Shown: positions 42,381 to 55,882 of the stretch, in pieces
Position numbering within the stretch: the first letter of the stretch is position 1
Layout: each line of letters opens with the position of its first letter
Origin: Octopus sinensis
Lineage: Eukaryota
Direction of reading: 5' to 3'
DNA length: 64,000 nucleotides
NCBI RefSeq assembly: GCF_006345805.1
Contig: NC_042997.1
Coordinates: 105,958,001-106,022,000, forward strand
Translations under genes and position numbers: made by a program
Notes under the pieces: generated by a model
The model's database searches: none
What the model was told of the DNA's origin: nothing
Seen by the model: the letters and a program-made list of their open reading frames with translations, nothing else

Positions 42381-43199
42381 AAACTCCAAATAAAAAGTAT
42401 TTTGACAGAGGAAAAGAAAGAGGGAAAAGATAAAAGAGAAGAAAATTAATATTAGGAACGAAAACGTTTGAAAGAAATAATTTATCTCATTACTTGACTA
42501 ATACTTTATTTTATCGACCACAGAAGAATGAAAGTCAAAGTTGATCTTCACTGGATATGAACCATATGCGTAATGAACCGTAAGTATTTTGTCCGACGCA
42601 TTAACGAACCTAATAATTCACAGTTCTTCACTTTATATGTTGTTCTGCCGTTGGTTTATTTTGTTTCGTCTTCCAAATATACCTTTGCGCCTTATTCTAT
42701 TTCTTCTAAGTAAAAGAATCTTCGTCCGTTTCATCGATAAGTGTTCAGGAGTTCCATCGACTGAATTTCATATTGACTTAGTTTTCAAATGGCCTGGTAT
42801 TCCACAGACACGTGTGCACCTAACGAAAAACCCGAGGCAATTGAATTAGTGCGATATTGTATGTGATTAGGCTGTACCTTCAAATTGCAGGTTCTATCCA
42901 TCCGACGAACTGCCTTCTATTAAGTTCCCACTAACCTAATCTCATTTACGGAGTTTAGCTCAACCTGAGATTATAGTAAATGACACTTGTCGCAGACACT
43001 ACGAGATAGGATCTAACCCGAAACGTTGGGACTACGAAGCAAACTTTTTAAATACTTAGCATCTATCATTCATTTTGCAGTTAATCAGAAGGTTCAGAAT
43101 CGTTGAAGGATTTGTTTTCGTCCTTCTATGTTCTTTGTTTAAATTTTGTTGAACTTGAATTTATCTTTCAACCTTGTCTAGATAAATATAATAGTTTAA

Positions 43200-43415
43200 G
43201 GCGGTGAGCTGGCAGAATTGTTAACACGTCGGGCAAAATGCTTAGCGCCATTTCGTCCGTCTTTACGTTCTGAGTCCAAATTTCGCCGAAATTGACTTTA
43301 TCTTTCGTCCTTTCGGGATCGATAAAATAAGTACTTGTTGAGTAGTGGGGTTGATTTAATCGAGTAGCTACTTCCTCCTGAAATTGCTGGCCTTGTGCCA
43401 AAATATAAAACCAAT
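43200..43415 (+). mobile_element. Family-A SINE
   Basis: GGCGGTGAGCTGGCAGAA head and CTGGCCTTGTGCCAAAA tail. Confidence 0.85.
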
Positions 43416-44389
43416 AGTTTCCAGACAAAGATTCGGAACGGGTTAATTTAATCTTCATGAAACATTGTACCAGTTTCCAATCAGAAGGAAATAGTGATTC
43501 GCTAATAAATATACATATGCAATGAGTTAGACTTATTCTCACGCATTAATGGATTTCGTGTTGGCTTAAACAATGATCGTCACACTTGCTATATGATAGC
43601 TATAATTGTTATGGCGATAGGTTAAGCAGTTCAGTAAGACTGCTTAACCTATCGTTATAGCATTAGTGATCGAGTATTCCACGGACACTTGATCTTCAGA
43701 TACATTCATACTGTCTCTGAATATAAAGTTGATAGGTCTTTGTGCTGCAGATGCGGCACAACTGGGGTGCTTCTCCACAGTACACAGATTTTGTTCACTC
43801 AGTTGTTTTACACGCTCTGTGTTGACTGGAAATCATTATAAATAACACTTGTTGAATGAGCACACCCACCATCTATTTTGTATGTGTCGATATGTGAGGG
43901 CGTCTGGGAGTGTACTGATGTTTTCACATATGTATGTGTACAAAATAGATTAAGGGTGTATTAGCGTATGTACAGTGTGTACTTACTCATAATACAAGAC
44001 ATTATAATATAATGGATGAGTCTGGAGGAGGAGGAGGAGGAGGAGGAGGAGGAGGAGGATAAACAAAAAGGTGAGAATAACAATAGAAGTGCAATAAAAA
44101 AGTAAGTAGGTAACCGCGCAGATGGTGAAAATAACGTTTATAGAGGCAAGGGTGATGGCAATGCTGAAGAAAAAGGAGTGAAAGAGAGTAGGGGGAGAAG
44201 CAAGAAGAAGAAGAAGAAGAAGAAGAAGAAGAAGAAGAAGAAGAAGAAGAAGAAGAAGAATGGTCAAACTGTCTTAGTGAATAATAGTTACTTCTGCCTC
44301 CATAACAAGTAACTTCTGCGTATTCATAAATTCATCAGATAATTCATATTGATAACAACATCAATAACAAGACAACAAAGATAATAAAA

Positions 44390-44800
44390 TTTTCGCACAA
44401 GGCCAACAATTTCGAGGGCAGGGGCTAAGTCGATTACATTAACACCAGTACTCAACTAGTACTTATTTTATTGTCCCCAAAAGGATGAAAGGCAATGTTG
44501 ACCTACGCGAAATTTGAACTCGGAACGTAAAGACGGATGAAATGCCGCTAAGCATTTTTCCCAACGTACTAACGATTCTGCCAGCTCGCCACCTTAATAA
44601 TAATAATAATAATATTCCTTTCTGCTATAGGCACAAGGCTTGAAATTTGAGGGACATCGACCCCCCCTCTCCCCAGTGTGTAACTGATACTTATTTTATC
44701 GGCCCCGAAAAGATAAAAGCAAAGTGGACCTCGGCAGAATTTGAACTCAGAACGCTAAGCATTTTGCACGGTGTGCTCACGATTCTGCCAGCCCGCCAAC

Positions 44801-44879
<79 letters not shown>

Positions 44880-45305
44880 CATTACAACTGTAGGCACAAG
44901 GCCTAAAATTTTTAGGGAAGGGAATAGTTGATTACATCGACCCCAGCTTTTCACAAGGGCTTATTTTATTGACCTTGAAAGGATAAAAGGCAAAGCAGAC
45001 CTCGGTAGAATTTCAACTCAGAGCGTAAAGACGAACAAAATACTGCCAAGCATTTTTACCGGTGTAGTGGAGATTCTGCCTAATAAGAATAATCTTTTCT
45101 ACTATAGGCACAAAGCCCGAAACTTTTGGGGAGGGGCCAAGCAATTAGATCGACCCTAGTACGCAACTGATACTTAATTTATCGACTCCGAAGAATAAAA
45201 GGCAAGGTCGACTTCGGCAGAATATGAACTCAGAACGTAAAGACGGACGAAATGCCGCTAAGCATTTTGCTCGGCGTGCTAACGATTCGGCCAGCTCACA
45301 GCCTT
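44390..45305 (-). mobile_element. Head-to-tail run of four family-A SINEs separated by (AAT)n
   Basis: Approximate copies: 44395-44595, 44617-44800, 44885-45080, 45093-45305. Confidence 0.88.
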
Positions 45306-45438
45306 GTGCCTAATAATAATAATATTAATTGGTGTTGTTTTTTTTCTTTTTCTTTACAACAAATGTAATGCATGATATTTTCGATCAGATAATTCTTCAC
45401 TGTAGTTTTGCTCAAGTTGTTGCAGAAATGATGAAAGC

Positions 45439-45474
<36 letters not shown>

Positions 45475-46506
45475 CGTGCGTGCGAGAGGTGGGGAGAGAA
45501 TGACGACAGAATTGAAGGAGAGCAAAGAGAAGAGAAAATGTTGAGTATTATTGTGTAGCGTAGTGTATTCAGGACAAGAATTCCTGTTACTGGAATAATT
45601 TTCAATATAATCAACAATACAAACAAATATAATCTTTGCCTACTGTAAAACTAATCAGTAAAGCCGGCGGTTAAATCCGTACTCGGTTTTGATGAACAAA
45701 AATACACTTTTATTTAATATCTAATATAATACTTTAAAACCTCATAAGAATGTCAATCTATTCTAGAGAGAAAAAAAAAACCATTAACTGGGTCTTAGAA
45801 CTTTGCCTTTGGGGAAACAGAAAAATGAATGAAAGAAAGGAAAATATGCGATGCTTCATTGATCCTATCCAATAGCATTGATCTATTTTGCCAACATCGA
45901 TGATAGTTATTCAAAGATTTCTTTTCAGCAATGCTATCATAAAACCAGCTCTTGTATTACCGACTAAGCTAACAAAGGATTTTTTTTATTCAGATGCACT
46001 AGCATTCTAGAGGAATCTTGTTTTGCGTTTAAGCTACAATATCTCACCACTGTATGTTTGTTCCGATGGTATAATTAAATAGCGAAAACAGACGAAAAAG
46101 AACAACAATATTAATAGCAAAGTGCCTTAATCTTCTACGTGTGGATGAATCGAAATGCTCATGTGGGAATTTATTATGTGTATGTATGTATGTATGTATG
46201 TAATAGTTATGTATTATGTGTATGTATGTATGTATATGTATGTATGTATTATGTATGTATAGTATATATATATAATATATATATATCTATATATATATAT
46301 ATATGTGTGTATTTATATATATATATGTATATACTATATATAATATATATATATATATATATATCTATATATATTATATATATATATAACATATAATATG
46401 TATGTATATTCTTATATACATAACCCGTATACATGTACCACAAAATACATATGTATGTCCTATGCATACAAATATATCTTTATATATATCATATATACAC
46501 ACACAC

Positions 46507-46549
<43 letters not shown>

Positions 46550-46790
46550 ATACATCTCATATGTAGATGAGAGTGTGACTCAATGTAATTATGAGTGATA
46601 TAAATGTGTGCACGTGTGTGTTATATATATAATATATATATATATTTGTATGCATAGACATACCATATTATTTTGTGTATACATGTATACGGGTTTATGT
46701 ATATAAGAATATACATATATATATATATATATATAAATACATACATACATACCTATATACATATGTATATGTACATACTTACATCTATAC

Positions 46791-46851
<61 letters not shown>

Positions 46852-47361
46852 GATATATATATTATAGATATATATATGAGTAGTGCAAGATTTGTATTGA
46901 AGGAATCGTGCGGCTATCTTGGTTTGATGGCTCTAAGTATATATATGTGTATGTGCGCGTGTACAATTATATTTATTTCTGTGTAAGAATTAATAATGTA
47001 TCATAAAGCTTATCAGAACAGAATGCAATTGTCGTCATCTATAATGATATATCGACGTGATTTGAGAAGCCGTTGCCACAATAAGCTACGCGTTATTCTC
47101 CCTCAATTAAACTCACTTCTTTTGTCTTTTCCCTCCTTTTATCTCACAACGTTCGTTCTTACATAGCTTCACTTTCAATGAATATAGATGAACTGCTTAA
47201 TAAGAATAGCGACTAATTTTGAATTGAAATCTCCCTTGGGATGTTCATTTTGCATCTTCTAATATAGTGAAATCCACCTGTCCTTTTTGATATAGTGATA
47301 ATCTTGAAAAGGGAACGTTGGCTTTGCTTGGGGTCTCTCAGAGTAAATAGTTGGGATAATA

Positions 47362-47546
47362 ATCCTTTCTACTATAGGTACAAGGTCTGAAATTTTGCGG
47401 GAAGGGGCCTGTCGATTACATCGACCCAGTGCCTTAACTGGTACTCATTTCATCAACACCGAAAGGATGAAAGGGAAAGTCAACCACGGCAAAATGCCAC
47501 TAAGCCTCTTGCCGAAGGTGCTAACGATTATGCCATCTCGCCGCCT
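47362..47546 (-). mobile_element. Family-A SINE with an internal deletion
   Basis: Tail CCTTTCTACTATAGGTACAAGG and head CTCGCCGCC. Confidence 0.78.
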
Positions 47547-47571
47547 TACTGGTTGAGATAATAAAAGCAGT

Positions 47572-47785
47572 TATAGTAATCCCTCGCCATATCACGGTTT
47601 ATTATTTAAGCTTACATATATTCCTTCGAGTTGTTGTTTTGCACTTATAATAAATAAATATATACAAATTATAAAAATGATAATAATAAATTTACAGTAC
47701 AGTAGTGTTTCTACTTCACAGATTTTCACCTATTATCGCGGGGTGTTTGGAATGTAACACCCACGATAATCGAGGGATTACTGTA
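47572..47785. mobile_element. pogo/Tigger-type MITE
   Basis: TATAGTAATCCCTCG (47572-47586) and CGAGGGATTACTGTA (47771-47785) are inverted, 14/15 match, including TA ends. (TA)CAGT-type terminus. Confidence 0.75.
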
Positions 47786-47822
47786 TATATATATATTATA
47801 TATATATATATATACATATAAT

Positions 47823-48118
47823 ATATATAAACAGTATTTCACAGAAGTATGTATCCCCACTAAAGATTTCAGTAAAATGACCATTACTGTGATAATATCG
47901 AAGGTAATCAAACGAAATTTATACTGAATAAAATATATTATACCTGCAAACATTATACAAATTTAGAACACAAAACAAATTTGTATAATGTTTGCATGTA
48001 TAATATATTTTAATCACTATAAATTTTGTTTGATTTCCCTTCGATATTATCAGAGTAATGGCAATTTTACTGAAATTGTTTGAGGGGTGTACATGCTTCT
48101 ATGAGATATTGTTTATAT
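47823..48118. repeat. Fold-back inverted repeat: arms of about 140 bp, 12-nt loop (47965-47976)
   Basis: TGCAAACATTATACAAATTT and AAATTTGTATAATGTTTGCA pair perfectly at the centre and pairing extends outward with mismatches. Confidence 0.9.
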
Positions 48119-48370
48119 TTATATATATATATATATATATAATATATATATATAAGGGTAGTGTCTCTAACGTTTCAACACTTCTCAAGCTGGTGTATGT
48201 GATGCGGTTACTATTTTTCAGTTAAAAAGCCACTTTATGAATGTCTACAAGGGAACAGGGTATTCAGTAATTGAATTCTAGAAAGTTGCAGTTTGATGGA
48301 CGGCTGATGATGGGTGAATTGTTTAATGCAGGATCTTGGAAGTGAGATTTTACGAGAGGTAACGAGAAAA

Positions 48371-48420
48371 TGAAACAACCTTTGGATGGGACTATTCAGT
48401 CCCATCCAAAGGTTGTTTCA
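48371..48420. repeat. Perfect 23-bp hairpin with ATTC loop
   Basis: TGAAACAACCTTTGGATGGGACT-ATTC-AGTCCCATCCAAAGGTTGTTTCA. Confidence 0.97.
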
Positions 48421-48890
48421 GAGCCTGCAAAATATTTAAAGGGACATCACTGTGAATTAAAACATATTGGTGAGTGAATACTTGCCAATCTGTTGAATAC
48501 CTTTTATAGACTAGGCCTAAAATGTTTGCCTATGTAGCAGCAGCACTGATTCCAGTGTGGGCTTCGTCTAAATTTTGTAGCATATCAGCAAATAATTAAG
48601 TTGGATCTAAAGAAGAAGCCAAATATTGACGTATGAGCATACAGCTTTTGCCGATTTGTCTACAGTGATCGAATGTTCGCGCTCCATTTTAGCTCACTAT
48701 CTCCATCAAATCGACGTTGTTTGAACAGGTGCGCTGTGAGCCACGCATCAGGTGTAAAAGTGATCACAGAGCAACGTGAGACGAAGCGTTTTGCTCAAGA
48801 ACACAACGCACCACCCAAACCACTAGGCCATGCGTCCTCATATATATGTGTGTATGTGCGTGCGCGTGTATGTGTGCTCGCGTGTGTGTG

Positions 48891-48922
<32 letters not shown>

Positions 48923-48923
<1 letters not shown>

Positions 48924-49283
48924 TTGTGAATTCTCCCCATATATTACACGCTCACGTGGTCGCACCAGTTCATCCTGTCTCCTCTCATAACCCAACGAAC
49001 TTTTCTTGGACTCTCGTACACTTCAGCTGCACCTCTCCTGCCCATGGATTAAACTGGACTCTTCCTTTGATGAGAAATCGTTCCAATACACCACGACGTT
49101 TGAAGCTTTTGAACCTTTGAACTTTTCTTAACTTTTATTTTCTCTCCCTGTTTCTTTTTCTGTTCCTTTCTGTGGAAGAGCGTAGACTCGAAACGTTAAA
49201 GACTTTTTCACTTCCCGAGAGTTAAACTAATACATCTGTTTGTTGTCTACAGCACCTGCCTTCGTCATTGTTTTGTGAATTCT

Positions 49284-49288
<5 letters not shown>
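48923..49288 (+). mobile_element. PLE-like remnant bounded by a direct repeat, with a hammerhead-like motif (49166-49201)
   Basis: TTTGTGAATTCTCCC at 48923-48937 and 49272-49286. Motif reads CUUU-CUGUGGA-A-GAGC(GUAG)ACUC-GAAAC-GUU-AAAG. Confidence 0.62.
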
Positions 49289-49347
<59 letters not shown>

Positions 49348-49363
49348 TTTATATATACATATA

Positions 49364-49402
<39 letters not shown>

Positions 49403-49568
49403 TATATATTTATAAATTTTCGTGTATATGAATGTATTTAATATTCTTAAAATTTTATATATCATATAGATGAATGCATATATGTATGTATATAGTATAT
49501 CATGGAGAATTTCGTTAATATGGATTGAACGAATATATACATCGACCTTAATTTGTCTTCTCTCCTTC

Positions 49569-49612
<44 letters not shown>

Positions 49613-50397
49613 ATCTTCAGATATCAGCAGCGAATGTGCGTTGTAGGAACTTCGAGGCTTTTAGTTAAATGTTGCTCATTTGTAAAAAAGACAGTTGCTA
49701 ACTTTTATTGTAAGTGTAAGGAAATGCTAACGGCACTTTACAGCGCCTCCAAGATTGTTGAGAGAGAGAAAATTATCTTCAAACCGGAGATTTGGTAATT
49801 TGCTTGTAATAACATGGGTTCCGCTAAATGCACCCAACATACCAGGCAGTGGTGCTGAACTGAACGATGGCTTAAGGCTACCACCCAAATAGGCCCTGGC
49901 AGAATTTGAACTCAGAACGTAAATATCCGGAACGAATACCGCATGGCATCCAACCCCGATGTTCTTACACTTCCGGTATTTCCCTGTTTAGGATTGGTCC
50001 GATATTATTAGCATGGAAGTGTAGTGTAAATCCGTGCAACGGATGAAGTCTACCGCCCAAGTCGTTTATACTTAGTACGAAAAGGTCGCCATATACTTTA
50101 ATCAGAGATTGTTAGCTTTATAATTTGTAAATAGTGTGAAAATTTGTGGTTTGTTATTGGTTCATAAGTAGATTTGAACTTTGAACAATTCAAACTATTT
50201 CTATCGACACGCATCACGAAAAGCAACTATATGGAAAAGTAAAAGAAAAGAAGTGAAAACAATGCTATTCAAAATTAAAATGGTTTATCATAGTGACGTC
50301 ATCTGTATTATGCTCCACTTTGTTTCTTTCTTTCTTGACAATCATAACACATCACCATCTCCATTTGTCAAAAAAAAAAAAGATTCGCTTTTATTCT

Positions 50398-50444
<47 letters not shown>

Positions 50445-50705
50445 CCCTCTTTCTCCCTCTCTTTCTCTCTCCCGCCATCTCTACATCTGTACTTCGCACC
50501 ACTTGTCCTTCATCGCTTCGCCTCTTCACCTCTTCGCCATTACCCTACTCTCACCCCGTACTGTTTTCTTGTTAACACGTCATCAGCACGTGCAACGTTT
50601 CTAAGCTATTCGGCAGCAGATTAAGAAAATCGAGTGGCCTGTACATCACTAATCAGACACGGTTCCATCTTTACCATCACTAACGCCTCCCACTTATCCC
50701 CCTAT

Positions 50706-50748
<43 letters not shown>

Positions 50749-51447
50749 ATTTTACACACCAGCCACCACACATATCTACTCGTGCATCATCCACCACTAA
50801 ACACCATGGGAGAGAGGAGATATTTGTTGTAGCCTTGTTATCTAATATTCTAACAGACATCAGAAAGTCATTAGATTAAAAAAAAAATAAAATACATTCT
50901 TGTTTCGTCTTTAAATTTTTTTTTTAATTGTTTGTTTCTTTTTAATTACATTCGGTTCGATCTCCATTATTAACTTCATATGTTTTTCACACTCTTGATT
51001 TTTAAAATATATTTTTCCTCTTCTTCACCAATCTCTCTTTTTCTTGTCTCTCTTATCTTTTCGTCTTTCATATTGATTTCTTTTGACCAGGTATAAAATT
51101 CTGTTTGTTTCAACAGAAATCTGTTCGTTGAATCAACCTCAGAATGTTATAATTTCAAATTTTATTGATCTGTTGAGATAAAATATGTTGTTGTACTCAA
51201 CAGGGTTGGAATTTCAGTAAGCAGAATGTCTTATGGTATTTAAGAGCATAAAACATACTTCTCCTCTTCGCAATGTGCCAAAAAATAGGCCTATGACGAT
51301 CACAATAGAAACCATTTTATGATGAGAAGTTCGTGTATTTGATGTGGGCCTCACTAATGCAAGTGGAATTTCATTTGCTTCAACCAGGAATTCAAATCGA
51401 AAAGCTTACTCCTCACCATTGTGATACCATGCATTCAAAACTTAGGT

Positions 51448-51612
51448 CTTCTTCTTCTTCTTCTTCTTCTTCTTCTTCTTCTTCTTCTTCTTCTTCTTCT
51501 TCTTCTTCTTCTTCTTCTTCTTCTTCTTCTTCTTCTTCTTCTTCTTCTTCTTCTTCAACTACTACTATTGCTACTACTACTACTACTACTATTGCTACTA
51601 CTACTACTACTA
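51448..51612. repeat. (TTC)n then (CTA)n microsatellite
   Basis: Directly visible. Confidence 0.97.
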
Positions 51613-52229
51613 CGTATTTTACTTTTTGAGTAGCTATTTTTGAGTGGTTACCTTCGTAGTATTATATGTGGCCAGGACAGACTTAATATTAGATGGTATG
51701 GGATCGGGTAGGACCAGTATCGATATACAAGTCCTCATGAGTGTGCACCACTTCGTATTGGACGGCCTTCACAATAATCTTTACTGAGCCCAATAAGCAT
51801 ATTTCCTAGTAAGCAGGGATTTGAACTTACAACGAAAGGCCTTCTATTCGACGCTTTAACAATTTTGTTAATTCAAACAATAATAACTAATCAATGGTTT
51901 GAACGGTGATGGAAAAGGTATAATCGATGAAGATGGCACAATCAAGCAGGGCCCTTTCTTTTTTATTCAAGTTAGAAACAGCGGAAATTAAAGGAAACTC
52001 CGATTTGTATTCAAGTATCCTTGTATAATTTAGAAAAAATGAATACACAATGATCAGGGGAAGGCAGAAAGAGTGTAAAACCAATGAAGAGGAGTGCATC
52101 TTCGAGAAAACAGGATATCCGCCACTCTTGCGAAAAACCTGTATTTCCATGAAAGCAAAACTGAATGTTCTGAATTAATTTTGTGGAGATTGTATATTTT
52201 AAGCCAATGATTAACTTAATTATTATATA

Positions 52230-52742
52230 CTAGCAGTATCGCCCGGCGTTGCTCGGGTTTGTAAGGGAAATAACTATATAAGCATTTTTAGAGAGTTACT
52301 TCCCTTATAGATGCCAATTTGGGCTTTCTTAGCCATTTCTGTTTTGGTGTCTTCAAGCCATGAAGTCGTTGTTCTAAAAGAACGCTGGTCTCCTTGACAA
52401 CGCTTTACGACGTCAATTTCCTTACACTCCCTTCCCCACAGCTTCACGAGGGAGGGAAGAAGGGGGAGAAGCAAACAGGTGCAGGTGTGACCATGGACGC
52501 CAACTCCGCCGCCATCGACACACGAAAAATTATGCATTAAAATGGAATAAAAAATGATGTTAAATTATTTTTAAAATCGTAGACTCATCGTAGACGCGCG
52601 CTAATACTCAGACGGGCTCGAAATGAATCACGACTATAAGATACCCGAATTTGGTTAAACTGCACCGCAAAATGTGGGAGTAATTAGGAATCTAAATCGA
52701 AGGGGACAGACACTCACACAACTACAGTTTTATATATATAGA
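52230..52742 (-). mobile_element. Complete non-autonomous Helitron (513 bp)
   Basis: Minus strand: A|TCTATATATATAAAACTGTAG...ACCCGAGCAACGCCGGGCGATACTGCTAG|T. It has a 5' TC, a subterminal GC hairpin, a 3' CTAG, an A/T insertion site and no TSD. Confidence 0.88.
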
Positions 52743-52989
52743 TATTCTAATTTTCATCGCTGCAAAGTTGAAGCAAAAAGTACTCTTTCATGATCACCAG
52801 CTTCCCAATGATTGGTTAATTTCTAAGCAGACAATAGTGATTGCGAATTGAACTCAAACTCTATGCCAAGAAATCAACTGTTGCTTACAGTAGTGGTGTC
52901 AAAACCACACACCGATAGTGTAGCAGCATATTGGCTTTAAGCAAATTGTTTTGTGCCAGAATTAAAGAGAACAATATCAACAATTCTTT

Positions 52990-53855
52990 CTTATTTTTGG
53001 CGCAAGACCAACAATTTTGAGGGAAGTGGGAAGTCGATTACATTGACCCAGTAGTTAACTGGTACTTGTCTTATCGACCCTGAAGGTCAAATTCGGCGAT
53101 ATTTGAGCTCAGAAAATAATGAGTCAGAAGAAATGCCGCTAAGCATTTTGTCCAACACTTTAAAGGTTCTGCTAGCTCACCGCCTGAATAACTATAACTT
53201 TATCTTATAGGCACAAAGCCTAACATTGGGGGAGGGAGCAATAGATTACTTCGGCCCCAGTAGTCAACTGGTAGTTAGTTCTTGTATCGACTCCGATAGG
53301 ATGAAGAGCAAAATCGACCCCAGCAGAATTTGAACTCAGACTCTAAAGCCAGACGAAACGGCGCTAAGCATTTTGTCCGACGCTCTAACGATTCAACTAG
53401 CTCGCCGCCTTACTAAGATCTTTTCTAATATAGACAAAAAGCTAGAAAGTGATGGAGGAAGGCAAGTTCAGTTACATCGACTCCAGTGCTTAATTGGTAC
53501 TTATTTCATCGACCCCGAAAGGATGAGAGGCAAGGTCGACCTCGGTGGAATTTGAACACAGAACGTAAAGACGAAATGCTGCTAAGCAATTTGTCCGGTG
53601 TGCTAACGGTTCTGCCAGTTCGTCACCTTAATAACAATAATGGTATCAAATTTTGCCACAAGGGCAGCAATTCCGGGGGAGGGGATGAGTCGATTACAAC
53701 GACTCCAGGGTTCAAGGGGTAATTATTTTATCGACCCCGAAAGGATTAAAAGCAAAGTCGACCTCAGCGGAATTTGAACACGGAACGTAAAGACGGGCAA
53801 AATGCCACAAACCATTTCGTTCAGCGTGCGAGCGGTGCTGCCAGCTCTCCACCTT
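52990..53855 (-). mobile_element. Head-to-tail run of four family-A SINEs
   Basis: Approximate copies: 52995-53185, 53200-53410, 53420-53628, 53645-53855. Confidence 0.85.
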
Positions 53856-53966
53856 AATAATAATAATGATAGCAAAGGTCTTTGATTGAGACACAAAGCT
53901 AACAACTTGGAGGTGATAAGGTTAGTCTATACCACAGTCAAGTGACTGAGTCGATGGCATGTGAAT

Positions 53967-54370
53967 AAGTGGCTGTGTGGTAAGTAGCTTGCTTACCAAT
54001 CACATGGTTCCGTGTCCAGTCCCACTGCGTGGCATCTTGGGCAAGTGTCTTCTGCTATAGCCTCGGGCCGACCAATGCCTTGTGAGTGGATTTGGTAGAT
54101 GGAAACTGAAAGAAGCCTGTCGTATATATGTATGTATATATGTATGTGTGTGTATATGTTTGTGTGTCTGTGTTTGTCCCTCTAGCATTGCTTGACAACC
54201 GATGGTGGTGTGTTTACGTCCCCGTCACTTAGCGGTTCGGCAAAAGATACCGATAGAATAAGTACTGGGCTTACAAAGAATAAGTCACGGGGTCGATTTG
54301 CTCGACTAAAGGCGCTGCTCCAGCATGGCCGCAGTCAAATGACTGAAACAAGTAAAAGAGTAAAAGAGTA
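53967..54370 (+). mobile_element. Family-B SINE, full length
   Basis: Close match to 12387-12790, with AAAAGAGT tail repeats. Confidence 0.9.
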
Positions 54371-54591
54371 TCTATTAGAATCGTGAAAACGTAGAAAAAT
54401 GTATCTTGGGTTATTTTGTCCGGCTTTTTTACGTTCTGAGTTCAAGAACTGCTGCAATTAACTTTGCCTTCCAAACCTTTAGTATGCAAAGTACAGGAGC
54501 CTTCTAAAATCTGGTGTCCGATAGAAACGACACACCCGCTGCCCTAAAAATTATTGCCTTGTGCCTAACTAAGAAACCGTTACAGTTATAC

Positions 54592-54626
<35 letters not shown>

Positions 54627-54926
54627 TGTTGTTGTTGTTGGTGGTGGTGGTGGTGGTTTTGGTGGTGGTGGTGGTCGTCGTGTTGTTGTTGTTGTTGTTG
54701 TTGTTGCTATTGTTGTTACTGTAGTTCTTAGAAGGTAGGGTGAATGACTGATTGGAGGGATGGAGGGATGGCAGGGGAGATAAGCACAACTGAAAGGAAA
54801 ATGGTCGATTGTTGGATGGCCTTGATAGAGCGGTGTGTAATTAGACGAATGGCTTGAATTGGAATGAGTGGATTAATTGATAGGGCAATGATAGGAAAAT
54901 GTCACTGGTATAAATATACGACTATG

Positions 54927-55076
54927 TATATATATATATGTATGTATATGTATGTATGTATGTATATATATATGTGTATGTATATATATATATATGTATA
55001 CACATATATAAAGACATACATACACACACAGATATATAGATAGATTCGCGGTAACATATACATGCTAATGTATGTG

Positions 55077-55141
<65 letters not shown>

Positions 55142-55202
55142 ATTATATATATTTACATACATACATATATATATATGTATGTATCTGCGTGTGGGTATAT
55201 AT

Positions 55203-55297
<95 letters not shown>

Positions 55298-55338
55298 ACA
55301 TATATATATACACACATACAAGATAAATACGTGCATTA

Positions 55339-55400
<62 letters not shown>
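54927..55400. repeat. (TA)n-rich microsatellite field
   Basis: Directly visible. Confidence 0.93.
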
Positions 55401-55580
55401 TAAAAAGAGAGACAGTCAGGGATGTATGTATGCATGTATGTATGTATGCATGCATGTACACACACACATACATACACACACACAAACACACACACAGAAA
55501 TGATCAAACAAACATACGGACATACGCGAGCACACGCACATACTCACGTTCATGTACACACAGAATGTGAGCTAGATTGG

Positions 55581-55616
<36 letters not shown>

Positions 55617-55847
55617 TGGGAAGAGCGAAAGCAGAGAAAAATGTGTGAAGGCAGAAGAAAATAAGAAGATGAAGGAAAGCAGGAGGAAGAGAAAGAGAGA
55701 GAGAGGGGAGGGAAGAAAATTATAGAAATAGAAGAAATGAAGTGAGAGAGAAAGGACGAAAGAGACTAAGTAAGAAAAAGAATTATCGTGAAACGAGAAG
55801 TGAGTCCAGGAAAGAGAGTGAAAGAAAATGAAAGTGTGAGAAGGAGA

Positions 55848-55882
<35 letters not shown>

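Noticed and set aside
48150-48660. Possible retroelement coding remnant around the hairpin
   Set aside because: Manual translation gave no convincing RT or endonuclease motif.
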